A stretch of 64,000 nt of DNA from Vicugna vicugna (Eukaryota). Positions 13,841 through 26,300 of the stretch are shown here, in pieces. The notes under the pieces are model-generated. The model ran no database searches and was not told the origin of the DNA. It saw only the letters and a program-made list of their open reading frames with translations. The DNA is taken from contig MU057398.1 in assembly GCA_013265495.1 (NCBI GenBank), positions 744,001 to 808,000 of the forward strand, read 5' to 3'. Made by a program: the position numbers and the translations under genes. Within the stretch, counting starts at the first letter, position 1; each line of letters begins with the position of its first letter.

Positions 13841-15271
13841 CACTTGAGGTCCAGACCAACTCGTAGAATGTATGTAAACTCCTGAGAGTTGCCTGAAACT
13901 ACCTGAAAACCTTGCCTCAACCTCTAGAGGACTAAAGCTCAACGCTTCTAGGATAAACCTGGGCCAGAAGCCGATGACTTCCTGGAGTAGGCTGCTGGCT
14001 CAAGACCAGTGGAACAAGACAAAAATTTTTAGGGAACCAGTGAAATTGATGAGAGAGAGCCAGCTGTCATGATCTGCCCTGGAAGATTTTTGGCACTGTC
14101 TTTAGTATTCCATTTTCTCATAGTCACACAATGATACCTTTTCTTCTCGCTCTTTCTCCATTTCCCCATTTAACAGGTTCTACGTGTGCAGACTGTACTA
14201 CACAGCCCCCTGACATCGGGATTACATTAGAGTTCCTAGATGCAACCATGTGAAAGGAAAGTATTGCAATGTGGAAAATGCTCAAGAAAATCGGAAGACA
14301 ATGACTACAGATCAAGATTCGGATCCACTGATCATAAATGGATTCGAAAACCCACATCTGTCTTTTGATAGAGTTCTTTGGGGTGACAGTCTATTAACCT
14401 TGACTTTTACTCATTCATATTTGCCCCTGGACCCCACCCCCTCAAGTTCATGTCCTTCTCACATGAAAATACATTAATTCCATCTCAACACCCCAAAAGT
14501 CTTAACCAGTTCCAGCACTGACTCAAAAGTCTAGAGTCCAAAGTCTCATCTGAATATCATCTAAATCAGATATAGGTCATATTCGAGGTCCAATTCATCC
14601 TGAGGCAAATTCGTCTCCAGCTGTGAAGCTATAAATCAAACAAGTTCTGTGCTTCCGAAATACAATGGTAGGACCGTCAGAGGGTAAACACTCCTGTTCC
14701 AAAAGGGAGAAATCAGAAAGAAAAAGTGAATGGGTCCCAAGCACGTGCAAAACTCAACAGGACAGATAATGTCAAATATGCAGGCTTGAGAATTATCTTC
14801 TAGAACCCGATGCTCTGCCCACCAGGCCCACTGGGGCAGGAGTCCTGCCTGCTAGACACACCTGTCCCTGGGGCTTTGCTTGGTGCAGCCCACACGCCAG
14901 CTCTCACAGATTGACTGGAGTTCAAGCCTATAGCTCACACGCCAGTGGCCCAGCCAGTCCAGAACTCTTGGGGTGGCCCCAATCCCACAGATGCACTGGG
15001 TATTATCCTAGCCTGGCACTCTGCCTGGGTCTCACATCTGCAGTGCCAGGTGTCTCCATCTTTCCAAATCCAGGTAGCGGGAGCCATGGCCCCAGAGCTC
15101 TGCTGGGCACCACACCACCCACTCCTGGTCAGGGCTTTGGGAGACACTGTCCCCACAGCTTTGGGTGAGGATCGGCTGACCTGATGAAATCCAGACAATG
15201 CCCCGTCCCTTTTAAATGGAGGAGGCAGCGCTGATGCTCTCTGAATAGCCCTTGGGGTCCTTCTCTTGTCT

Positions 15272-15650
15272 TTTTTTTAATTGAAGTCTAGTCAGTTTAC
15301 AATGTTGTGTCAATTTCTGGTGTACAGCATAATGTTTCAGTCATACATATACATACACATATTTCTTTCCATATTCTTTTTCATTATATTATAAAAAAAA
15401 ATTTTTCATTATACTACAAGATACTGAATATATTTCCTTGTGCTATACAGTAGAAACTTGTTGTTTATCCATTTTAAATATAGCAGTTAGTATCTGCAAG
15501 TCTTGAATTCCCAATTTATTCCTTCCCACCCCTTTTCCCACTGGTAACCATAAGTTTGTTTACTATGTCTGCGAGTCTGTTTCTGTTTTGTAGATAAGTT
15601 CATTAGTGTCTTTTTTCTTTCTTAAAATTTTGTTTATTTAAAAAATTTTT
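15272..15650 (-). mobile_element. Young L1 3'UTR fragment
   Basis: TTGAAGTCTAGTCAGTTTACAATGTTGTG...CTGGTAACCATAAGTTTG; same family as 42380 and 50270; imperfect TSD TCTTC(T/C)CTTGTCTT. Confidence 0.85.
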
Positions 15651-16571
15651 TTCTTCCCTTGTCTTGGAGAACAGTTCTATGTCCCATCCTGTAAACTTTA
15701 AGAAATCCCAGAGCCTTCCTTCATTCCTTCCTATCTCCTCCCCCTGCAGTTCCAACTGGCAGTTTTCTTGCTGTGATGGCTGAAGTCCACGGCTCTCGGC
15801 CACACGAGTCTCCTTATCAAAGGCTCGCTGGGCCACACCCTTAGTGTTCCCGTCCGAACACGCTGCCTCATTTTTTTGTAATCTGCACAGGCTGGGAAGT
15901 TTCCAAAAGTTTAACTTCTGCTTCCCTTTTAACTATTAACCATTCCATCTTTAAGGCATGTCTCTGTTCTCGGATTTTACTGTAAGCATTGATGTGAAGC
16001 CAAGCGCACCTTCAATGCTAAACTTAGGTTTCTCCTCAACCAGAAATCCCATTTCATTGCTCACAAACTCTACCTTCCACAAAACACTAGAACATGAACA
16101 CCATTCAGCCAAGTTCTTTGCTATTTTATGACGAGGATGACCTCTTCTCCAATTTCTAATAACCTGGTTCTCTGTAACCTCCATGCGGCTACCAGCAGTC
16201 TGCGGCCCCTCAGGCATTCTTGGAGAAGACTGAGGCTTTCCTCCGTAACTTCTGGGTCCTCATCAGAGTCGCCTCCAAACTCTTCCAGCCTCTATTCACT
16301 CCTGGGTTCCAAAGCGGCTTTCATGTGTTTAGGTACTTGTTACACCATCATCCCCACTATTTGATACCAGTTTCCTGTCTTCGTCTGTTTGGGCTGCTGT
16401 AACAAAACAGCACAGACTGGAGTAGCTTAAAGACGACAGACAGGTATTTCTCACAGTGCTGGAGGCTGGAAGTCAGAGATAGGGCACCAGCAGGGGCAGC
16501 TGAGGGCCCCCTTCTGGGTCCCAGACTTCTCACCTGGCAGAAGGGGAAGGAGTTTCTGTCAGGCCTCTTTT

Positions 16572-16662
16572 GTTTTTTAATTATTTTAATGGAGGGACTG
16601 GGGATTGAACCAAGGACCTCGTGCAGGCTAAGCACATGCTCTATCACTGAGCTCTACCCTCC
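16572..16662 (-). mobile_element. tRNA-derived SINE inserted in an MLT1 LTR
   Basis: Same SINE head on the minus strand; TSD CAGGCCTCTTTT at 16560-16571 and 16663-16674. Confidence 0.88.
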
Positions 16663-17979
16663 CAGGCCTCTTTTATAAGGGCACGATGTCATTCATGACG
16701 ATTCCACTCTTCTGAGTTAATAACTGTCCAAAGGCCTCACCTCCTAATACCAGCACACTAGCCATTACGGTTTCAATATATGAATTGCAGAGGGGACTAC
16801 AAACGTTCAGACCAGAGCAAAATCATAATACATTTACAACTAACCTCAGGTGCAGCTATAACAAGTCAAAGACAGCTGGCTTAACCCTCGGCATCGTGGT
16901 ACCAAGGGTGTGCTGTGCCCCTTCCCAGGAGCTGCTGGGCTTCAGAGCAAAGCAGTTATTTGCATCAGTCAGAGTTGGTCCTCTTGACTCCCAAACTGTA
17001 ACTGGATAAAATGAATTTGTAATCACAACCTCACCAGAAATGTCACTTATCAAGGTAAAGCCTGACTTATCAGATTCAGACACCCAGCCTTACAGAAGAA
17101 GGTGTGAATGGACCTCGCAGAAAATGGCCCAGGGCAAGTGCCACCCTTACAGAGAAGCAAGCAGGCCACTCTCCCAGAGAAAGAGGGACACCCTGCAGTT
17201 GGACCCAGTGGAGACAAGCTTTCTGTTCTTGGTTCCCTGAATCAAAGACGGTAAAAACATTTCTAGAACAATGGAAACAAAGCAGCATATCTCTTGTTGC
17301 ACCATGTCTAAAAGGCAGGACAGACAAAAGGAACACACACCAGAACAGATAAAATGAATACACACAATAAAAACACCAAGCCCTGACCTATAGGAAATAC
17401 TATTGTTAAAAGGGATTCTCCCCAGGCTTCTGTTCTGAATTTCTTCCCAAATAGTGGTAGACAGTTTAAGGTAATCATATTGTATACACACATCTTGTTG
17501 ATAATTTTAATTGCATATATATTGTGTAAGGTTTGGTCTGATGTCCACTGCCTGGGATAGTGAAAATTAAAAAACCAATTAGCTGGACCACAAATTGAAT
17601 TCATGATCTTAATACAAAAAAAAAGACAATGAAGACAACACTAATGTACTAACGCCACTGAACTGTACACTCAGGAATGGTTATGATGGTAAATTTTCTT
17701 ATATGCATTTTACCACAATTTTAAAACCAATTTTTCAAAAAGAAAAAATAAGATAATGAGGTTCAGGTAGGAGTAAGGAGGCAGCAAAAAACCCGAACCC
17801 CCCACTTCTAAAAGCACAAGAACATAAGAAGAATGAATGAACCCCCCGCCCCCCCCCCACCTGCAATTTACGTTTCGTGGAACCAGGAAGCACAGACAAC
17901 TGGTAAGCAGAATCTGTAGGATCAGAAGCCACTAGGGTGTGGCAGGGCAGCAGGGCGGTAGGAAGAGTCCCAGCAGTCC

Positions 17980-18700
17980 CCAGGACGCACAGACTAGGAC
18001 CCACCCCCTCAGGACACGGCCCGATCCCGCGCGGGGACCTCTGTGAGCAGATCTGCGAAGGATGGGGTTCGAGGCCGGGGCTGGTGGATGGATAGAGTAG
18101 GAGGCGGAGAAAGCGGAAGCGGCCCAGGGCGGCCGCGCAGCTAGATCTGGCGGGGCGAGCGGCACGGCGGCGCCAGAAGAGGGCGCTCGAGAGCCGGCGC
18201 GCAGGCCGAGCGGCGGTGACTTCCCGCCCCACGAAGGGTCCCCGCACTGAGAACTGGCAATTAGGAGACCCGAAGTCGTTCCAACACAGCGAAACATTTT
18301 GCGCACCAGGATGGAGTTAGAGGCTTGCACACACTCCATCCCTGCCAGAAATCCTTTTATATGCTCAGTTTGCCTCCAGTTTGGTCGCGGGGAGTCCCCT
18401 GGAGCTGGCTCCCGTGCCCTTTTGCCTTTCCCTTCTGAGCGGACCTCCCCCGCTCCGCGCCCCACTGCTGCACGTGGTGCAGTGTGGGTCCCCTCCCACG
18501 TGGTTCCTGCGGACCAGATGGCTCACCCGGGCCTCCGGTGGGCAGGGGCTGCTCCCACCAGGCCCTGGCCCAGCACAGCTTCAAGCTCAAAGCCACACGT
18601 GTGGTGTTCCCGTTTGGAGTGGTAACAACGCGAACACCGATACCTGAGAATATCATAGACCCACACGTTCCCCTACCAGAAACCTCGGTGCCAACTGTTT
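17980..18700. promoter_or_regulatory. Orphan CpG island with CTCF-like and E2F-like motifs
   Basis: Abrupt CpG-rich block; CCAGAAGAGGGCGC at 18173-18186; TTCCCGCC at 18221-18228. Confidence 0.7.
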
Positions 18701-19248
18701 AACGACCTCTTCCTGTTCCTCTGGATTTCTCTTAGGCAACAGGACTTCTCTCCCGATGGGGCACGTTGTTTCCAAAGATGACTTTTACCATTTTAATTTT
18801 GTCCTGCGGAAATATACGTTCACCCTGGGCGTGATGTCGTTGACAGTGAAAAGGAGAATACATATTTTAAAATCGTCTTAATTGTATTTGTGGTAAAATA
18901 CACACAACACACTTAAAATCTGTGTTACTGGTGAAGATCATACAAAAAATGTCATACCCAGGCTGAAAATCACCTTAAACTTTGTGGGCGGCTTTTGCAG
19001 TTATGGCTTCAATGTCTTAATGAACTCTAGATTTTCTAATTCTTCACGGGCCCCTTTTGTTCTTTGTGTTTCTCTAGGAGTTTAAAAGTCTAGGAGTCTT
19101 TCTAGGAGTCTAGGAGAGTTTCTCTAGGAGTCTACATCCACCTCATCCAATTTTTCACATTGACTGGGATAAAGCTGTCAGAATGTTCTCTTTAAATAAC
19201 GTCTGTGGGTTGAGGTGATGATTCATTTCATTACTCACATTGGCCATT

Positions 19249-19330
19249 TGTTTTTAATGGAGGGACTGGGGATTGAACACAGGACTTCATGCAGGCTAAG
19301 CACATGCTCTACCACTGAGCTCCACCCCTG
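19249..19330 (-). mobile_element. tRNA-derived SINE
   Basis: GGAGGGACTGGGGATTGAAC...GCTAAGCACATGCTCTACCACTGAGCT. Confidence 0.85.
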
Positions 19331-19349
19331 CCGACCAATATGGGCCATT

Positions 19350-20262
19350 AATGCTTGAACTCCTGATGCTCACACATTCCCTCCACCAGCCAAACTCACA
19401 CTACCTTGACTGCTCAGCTGAGGACAACTCCATCCTTCTGGCCTTGACTCCTCCCTTTGTCCAACTGCCTCCACCAAAGCTATCAGGAAACTCTGTTAGC
19501 TCTACCTACTAAAGCTATCCAGACTCTGACACCCACACTTGTCACCAGCCTGCTGGCCCCTCCCTGGTGGGAACCTTCATGCTGTCCCACCTGGATCACC
19601 GCAGGGCCTGTCACATGGTGCCCCTGCTTCCTGCCTGGCCCCTACCACTCTCAGAACAGCAATCACAGGAAGTTTGTTAGCATCTAAGTCACTCATATTG
19701 TGTCACTTTTCACTCAGAATCATCTAATGCTCCCCATTTAATTCATAGTGAAAGCTGACACACTGCATGGCCTCTGGGACCCACATGTTCCAGCTCTCAT
19801 CCCCTGTCTGAACTTCCTTTGTCCTAGTCTCCGCTCGCCCACTCTGCTTCAGCCACCCTGGTATCCTTGGTGTTCTTCTCACTTGCCAGGGACGCTCCTG
19901 CCCCAGGGCCTTTGCACTTACTCACTGCTCCCTCTCCTGGGATGACTTCTTCAGATCTCTGCATGGCTTCTTCCCTCCTTGGAGTCTTTGCTCTCATGTC
20001 CCTTTCTCAGAGAGGCCCACCATGATGCCCTATGAAGATTGACATCTATTCCCCCCCCGACCTCCACATCCTGTTTCCTTTTTCCCGTTCTCCATCCTAC
20101 TTAGCACAGCTTATTTATTATGTCTAGTGTTCATGTTGTATTCCACTCACCCCCAACTAGGATGACAGCTGCCAGAGTGCAGGGATCTCTATCCACTCAC
20201 TTACTGGGAGCCTAGAACAGCACCTGGCCACAATGGGTGCTTGCTGAGTAGCCGTGGGATGA
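19350..20262 (+). mobile_element. L2 LINE 3' fragment
   Basis: CCCCAGGGCCTTTGCACTT...GAGCCTAGAACAGCACCTGGC. Confidence 0.65.
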
Positions 20263-20982
20263 AAGGCTTTGCTAGAACTCTTCAAAAGGATGACCTCATT
20301 CAACCCTTGCAGCAAGGAAATGTTACCAGTGTCTTCCCAAAGAGGAAATGTCACACACTCCAGAGATGGTGACTGACTTGCTCAAGGTCACGAAGGGCAG
20401 CCAGGGTAGGACTTTGGGTGGCCCGCAGCTGATAGGGTGAGATCATGGGACTGAGGTGAATACCTGCAGACTAACCCAAGGAGGAAACACCAGCCAGTTT
20501 GGGGAATCAGTCTCTGGAGGAGTGAGGAAAGTCAAGGTGACAGTCAGCTCCCAGGGCTCCAAATAGCGCGCACCACCCCCCAAGTCTCTTCGGAGTAGTC
20601 GGATTAGAAACAAGTCCAGCATCTCATCTTCCAGCCTTGCCAGGGGGCCCCAGCTGGTGGCGAAGGTGGGAGACTCAGGGCAGAGTGGAGGGCCTGGCTG
20701 GGGGCCCTCCTGGCCTTTGCTCAAGGGTCCCGTTTTCTCAAAGCACACTTGCCTCCTGCTTGGCCTTTTCTCCCGGCCCCTCCCATCTCTCCTGCCTCTC
20801 CTCACAGATTTTTGGCCCCACCCCTCGTTCTTCATCTCCCTCTCCAGTGCCCCTCCTCTTTTCTCCACCCTTTGCTGGAGTTCGGAATCCCAAGTGAGCT
20901 TCCGCTGGGCCTTGGTGAGCACACGTGTGTGCCCAGGTGCTGGTTGACTTTCCAGGGCAGTAATCTGCTTTTGGCTAAAATG

Positions 20983-21019
20983 GGACTTGATCTTCTGTTA
21001 GCCCTAATCATCAATTAGC
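20983..21019 (+). promoter_or_regulatory. 37-bp core of the L/M opsin locus control region (LCR)
   Basis: GGACTTGATCTTCTGTTAGCCCTAATCATCAATTAGC matches the conserved LCR core as I recall it, with a CRX-type CTAATC and a CAATTAG homeodomain site. More homeodomain sites flank it: GGATTAG 20601-20607, TAATC at ~20961, CAATCATTAG at ~21116. Confidence 0.93.
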
Positions 21020-21664
21020 ACCCCACTCTGCAGAGACGGCGCCAGTCCAGGACTCACTGCCACTGCTGCCTCCTCCCCCTCCCCCAGGGTTTGGGGGCAG
21101 ACCCCCGGCTGAGCTCAATCATTAGTGTGATGCTGGCCAAGGGCAGGCCCAGTGAGCAGTGGGCTGGGCCACTCCAGGGCTCAAGCCAGAGGCTCCCCCC
21201 AGATGTCCAGCTGAGACTGTGCTTCACGTTCACAAAGGGCTTCCAAACAGCAAGGGGACCCTGGACTTGAGCAGCAGCCCGGTTGGGAATGGGGTGGGCG
21301 GGAGCAGGCAGGATTGGTCGTCTCTCTTTAGGCAGAAGATGAACCTGGCCTGAGGGGGAGTGGTCACCCCATCCAAGGCTAGCCGGCCAGTCCATGGCAG
21401 TCCTGGGAAGAGGTGGTCCTGTGTCCAGTGCTCAGAGTGGACCTGGGCAAGCAGAAGATCTCTGAGGCAGCCCACTTCCGCTCTCACATTCTCTGACGCT
21501 CTGCCTTTGGCTCTGGTGCGGACAGGCAGATAAAGCTCCCTGGGATCTGGGAAGAGGGAAAGCTTGGACTGGGAAGTCAGAACGGCCTGGGGCTGAGTTC
21601 TAGGGATATGACCTTGTTCCATCAAGCTGCATCGTGAGGCCTGGGTTCGTGCTGTGAGCCCCTC

Positions 21665-22345
21665 AAAACCCCACGCAATTCTTTCGGGGACATACCCAGA
21701 AGCAGAATTTCTGGATCACGTGGTAATTCTATTTTTCAGTCTTTGGATTTGCCACAGTTTTCCACAAAGGCTGCACCATCACGATCTAATTTTACGATAT
21801 TTTCATCATTCCCAAAGGGACCCCTGTCCCCATTAGCAGTCACTCTCCATTGTCTCTCACCCCAGCCCCCAGCACCCACCAATTTGCTTTCTGTCTAGTC
21901 TGGACGTTTCGTATAAATGGAATTGGACGACATTTGGTCTGTTTGTGTCTGCCTCCTTTCACTTAGTATAACATTTTCGAGGTGAATTCCTGTTGTAACA
22001 CGTTAGAATTTCATTCCTTGTTATGGCTGAATAATGTTCTGTTGCACGGATAGACCACATTTTCTTAATCCATTCACCTGTTGATTCACTTTTTTAAATT
22101 GTATATATATATATTTTTTAATTTTTACAATTTATTTACTTATTTTTGCAGGGGAGAAGTAATTAGGTTTTGTTTGTTTGTTTGTTTGTTTTAAGAGGCG
22201 GTACTGGGGATTGAACCCAGTACCTCATGCATGCTAAGCATAGTGCTCTACCGCTTGAGCTATTTCCTCCCCCTGTTGATTCACTTTTGGACTGTTTGTA
22301 TCTTTTGACCCCTGGTGAATCATGCTGCTATGAGCCTTCTTGTGT
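21665..22345 (-). mobile_element. Old L1 (L1MB-like) 3' fragments between LCR and promoter
   Basis: ATACCCAGAAGCAGAATTTCTGGATCAC, CCCATTAGCAGTCACTC, TTATGGCTGAATAAT. Confidence 0.75.
22094..22271 (-). mobile_element. tRNA-derived SINE nested in an old L1, between LCR and opsin promoter
   Basis: SINE head plus (TTTG)n tail; TSD CCTGTTGATTCACTTTT at 22077-22093 and 22272-22288. Confidence 0.9.
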
Positions 22346-23104
22346 TACGGACAAACAGGCAAGGCTGCAGAAGTGGGCAGTTAGCAGGTAATTGGTGCCC
22401 CTGCCAAGCGCTAAGCCAGCAGTGGCCAGACTGCAGTGGGAAAGGGGACAGCAGAGGCAGCCCATCTGGAACACTCTGTTGAGAGGTTTGCTTTTGAGGG
22501 CAAGTCTAGAGGGAGGCTGAAGTCAGAGGCAGTCCAAGGAAAGGTCATGAACTAATGGGAGAGTGGTTTGAGCAGGTGGGGTCCGAACGCCTGTAGGCAC
22601 TGCAGGTGCTTCCAGAGGGCTGCTGGGAGGGCCCAGATGCGCTCCTTGGTGACTGAAGTAGCTGCAGCTCATGGGGAACAAGGTGGAGAGGGGCGGAAAG
22701 CAAGATGCATGGTGGAGTCTCCCCCCACTGCAAGACCTGTCTGTCCCTTCCTAGGGGAGAAGCCACCCCAACACAACCTGCATCCACTGGGCCCCCCGGG
22801 ATGGCCTGACCCACAAGGAGGCTGAAGTTCCAGGCCTCAGCCCTGCAAAGTCTCCTGGGGAGAACCACCTGGGAAAGGCAGACTGGGGCCTTGGGCTGCT
22901 TCCTTACTCACACTGCAACCTGGAAATCCTGGCCCTTGTGTCTGCCTGACCTAGGAGCTGGTGCAGAACGGTGGAAGTGAACAGAAGACATGCAAACCTG
23001 AGCCAGGGCCCATGGCAGCTCCTGCAGCCACCTTGGCTCCAAGTTTGGTTCCCAGCAAATCCCTCTGAGCCGCCCCTCGTGGGCTCGCCTTAGGAACTAG
23101 GAGG

Positions 23105-23282
23105 CTAGGGTGGGGGAGGAGGAGGTCTAAGTCCAAGGCCCAATTAAGAGATCAGATGGTGAAGGGTTTGGGAGCTTTTAAGGTGAGGAGGCCTGGGATG
23201 ATCTCGCAGGCTGGTATAAAATGCTGTGACCCCCTGGCAGCTCCAGGGCTGGTGGGCATTGGGGACAGGGCTTTCTGGAGCC
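23105..23282 (+). promoter_or_regulatory. Opsin proximal promoter and 5'UTR
   Basis: GGAGGAGGTCTAAGTCC..GGCCCAATTAAGAGATCAG block (CAATTAAG at 23141), GGGTTTGGGAGCTTTTAAGGTGA, and TATAAA at 23215-23220; collinear with the human L/M opsin promoter as recalled. Confidence 0.9.
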
Positions 23283-23394
23283 ATGGCCCAGCATTGGGGC
23301 CCCCAAAAGCTTGCAGGCGGGCAGCTGCAGGCCAGCTTTGAGGACAGCACCCCGGGGAGCGTCTTCACCTACACCAACAGCAACGCCACCAGAG
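23283..23394 (+). CDS. OPN1LW: Opsin coding exon 1
   Basis: GCCATGG Kozak context; [38 protein letters not shown]; donor AG|GTGAGC. Confidence 0.98.
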
Positions 23395-26300
23395 GTGAGC
23401 GAGCAGGTGCCATGGAGGCTGGGTCACACTGGCTGGAAGGGCCCTCCTGGGACATGGGCCCCAAGGGGGTGCTGGCGGCCACCCATCCCACCCAAGAGAG
23501 CCTGTCTTCCTGGCAACCCGCAGAGACGGTCTTCTCTCTTAGCTTTTATGTATGATACCATGAATGAGGGGTTCCTTTCTGAACATACAAGGACACTGAA
23601 ACTGTGAATATGCATTTGTGAACCACATAGGCTTCCCAGACCCTCTGAGAATTCCCATCCCAGGAAGCTTCATGAGCTCTCTCCTCGTGGCCCCGTGCTG
23701 CTAGGGAGACGCGCTCCCAGCATCCACCTGGCCGCACTGCCCTCAGCTTCCTGGGGAAGGAGCCGGGTCTGACTCATCCTTGCAAAGGAGACAAATAGCA
23801 GGAGTGGGAGGCTGGGGTGACCCGGAGGACGGTGGGTGACTTCAAGAGCCTAAAGTTCAGAAGAGACTGAGGTGTCATCTTGTCCAGCTTCAAGCCCGGA
23901 GCCCCAGCCCCTGGCTGCCCATTCTAGGGGGGAGGCTGGCTCGGCTCCCAGGGTTGCTGTTCAGCTGTGGGATGTCCCAGGAGGGAGGGCTTGGGCCCAA
24001 CAGAAAGCGGAAAACTCCGTCAAGGCCGCCCGAGTTTCTGCCCCGGGAGCAGCCCAGGCCCAAAGCTTTGCAGGCAAGCCCTTCAGAGGGCCAAGGACAC
24101 TAGTGACCCCCCACCCCCACCCCAGGTCCCTCCTTCAAACCAAAGACCTTCAGTTCCTTCAAGAATGTCTCACTTGCCACAACGGGGTTCTTGAACCAAA
24201 CTGGTTGAGAACCCTGCAGTCCGCCTGGACTTGCTTGTTCGCACCCTGGAATGCCCTTGATGGAGAAGAAACAACGCTCTCCCTGGAGGCCCTTGCGGCT
24301 TCACCAATGCCCAAGATTCCTTATTGTATTTTTTTCCCAAAGATTCAAATGTCTACCAAAGACAGGGAAGATTGTAATGAACCCCCCAGGTATCCGTCTA
24401 TTGTCTCATTTCATCTGTAACCCCCTCCACAAACCACTCCTCCTGATTTCTAGAAGCAGATCCAAGACATCACATTGGTAAAACTTCAGTAGGTACCTCT
24501 TTAAAACGCATAACCACAAGACTATTATCACGCCTAAAACCTAGCAGTGCCTTGATGTCAGTGATTCTCCTAGTTAGTGTCTAAAAAAACAAAGTCATAT
24601 TTTGTTTTTCCAGTTTGCTTGAATCAGGGCTCAGATAAGTTCAACACATTCAGATGGATCGATAATGTCTTTTCATCCTCATTGAATTTAGAGGTTCCCC
24701 CTCAACCTCTGTGCAATTTTATTTGTTGAAAAAAGTCAGTTGTCCCTGGACTTGCCCACTTCAAACTTTGTTCCCACACCCCTTCCATTGTGCTCAGCAT
24801 CGTGTTTCTGTAAACCAGCACTTAAGATGAAGGTCTGCTGGGAGGTGGGTTGGATAGGTCAGGCATTTCAGCAAGACCTCTCCATCAGGAGGGTGTCCCT
24901 TTGTCCGCATGTTGGCAGCTGCTGAAACTCAATGCTAGGACCCATGAAGCCACTGGGGATTTTGAAATGGTGACATTCTGATTTTTCTTACCCTGTCCTC
25001 ATGGACAACTTCCATAAAGAGAAACTTGCTGTCATGTACTCTGGGGGCCCCAGGGTATGGTGCGTGTAGGGAAGGCAGAAGACACTCTTGATTCTTTTTA
25101 TTTCCCCCATTTCAAAATAATCACTTGGCGGGGGGTAGGGTATAGCTCAAGTGTAGAGCACATGCATGAGGCCCTCAGTTCAATCCCCAGCATCTCCATT
25201 AAAATTTTTTTATTAAAATAAATAAATAAATAAACCTAATTACCTCTCCCCCCTCAAAAAAAAAAAGAAAGAAAGAAAAAGAAAAAGGAAAAAAAGAATA
25301 ATAATGAATTAGTTCCCCAGTGCAGCCAGCTGGCTTTGACCTCTGTGCCTCCTTTCTCTCCCACTAAGCATCCTTTTCTCAAGGGCTTTGGGTAGAATTA
25401 CAATTAGAGTATCATTTAATTACTCATTTGCTTTATTTCAGACACACTCATAGGGGTCTCAGAATAATGACACCAATGCTATCGCCAACAACATGATTAC
25501 CAGAAACTTAACGTTTGGACAGGACTTCTTATCCTTAGAGGATATGCCACAAGTAGTCAGAAGAGTCTTTTCCAGTCCCATAGAATAGCCCCTCTCTATG
25601 TGACTAAACCATCAAGTGGATATACATTTAGGTCCATTTGTTTTATTTTTGATTTTTAAAATGTAGTCTTTTTATAATCACAGGATAAAATATTTGCAAG
25701 GCTCCACATTAAAATCTAGAAAATAAGGTATATAGAAAACGGTCTTGCTTCTGTGCCAGCCCCCATCCTCGATTCCCCTCCTGTGTGTATTTCTTAGAAG
25801 ACCTTCACCTGGGAGCTGAGTGAGGGAGACACAGTGTTGGGGCATCATGGGTGCTGTGGGGTCCAGTTGTGCTGAGGGCAAGATATAAACCACCCTCATA
25901 GCCACGGGAGCCAAGAAATCCCTGTCTCTCTTAAATTAGTTTCAGTTTGGATTTAGTGATACACAGGTCAAGCATCCTGGTTAATTCGGGGACTCTGCGT
26001 GGTTGCCCTCCTAGGTGCTGGGAGACCTTGTTATGTGGCTGCAGGCACTGTGGATTGTAACCCCTTCGAGTATTCTGCCAAAATGATGGTGGTGATAAAG
26101 GCCCCTTCCCACCCGGAGAGGTGTCTATGACGTAATAAACGGGAGTTGCCCGCCTTTCTCTTCTGTGTCCATTTGCTGGGACTGCTGTGATGAAGCACCA
26201 CACACTGGGTGGCTTTAGTGACAGAAATTTGTGATTGCCCAGTTCTGGAGCCCAGAAGTCTGAGATCCAGAGTCGGCAGGTTGGCTCCATTGTGGCTCTG

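Larger units (their letters stand above)
14400..16815 (-). mobile_element. MaLR internal region plus LTR (MLT1A/MST-like), interrupted by an L1 and a SINE
   Basis: GTCCAAAGTCTCATCTGA, ATACAATGGTAGG, CTTCCAGCCTCT; LTR GGGCTGCTGTAACAAAACAGCACAGACTG...AAACGTTCAGACCAGAGCA. Confidence 0.75.

Noticed and set aside
17735..18702. Overlapping 70-177 aa ORFs on both strands
   Set aside because: Expected from stop-codon scarcity in a GC-rich island; low-complexity translations with no recognisable domain
1..20900. Remnants of SWS2 opsin or miR-726, which lie upstream of the LCR in non-therian vertebrates, or a second opsin copy
   Set aside because: No opsin-like peptide or convincing hairpin recognised; a sensitive tblastn/Infernal search would be needed to exclude a highly decayed relic
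23221..23282. N-terminally extended opsin or upstream ATG (ORF 23226..23555; ATG at 23221)
   Set aside because: These starts lie right at the TATA box, upstream of the expected transcription start; the Kozak ATG at 23283 gives the canonical 364 aa
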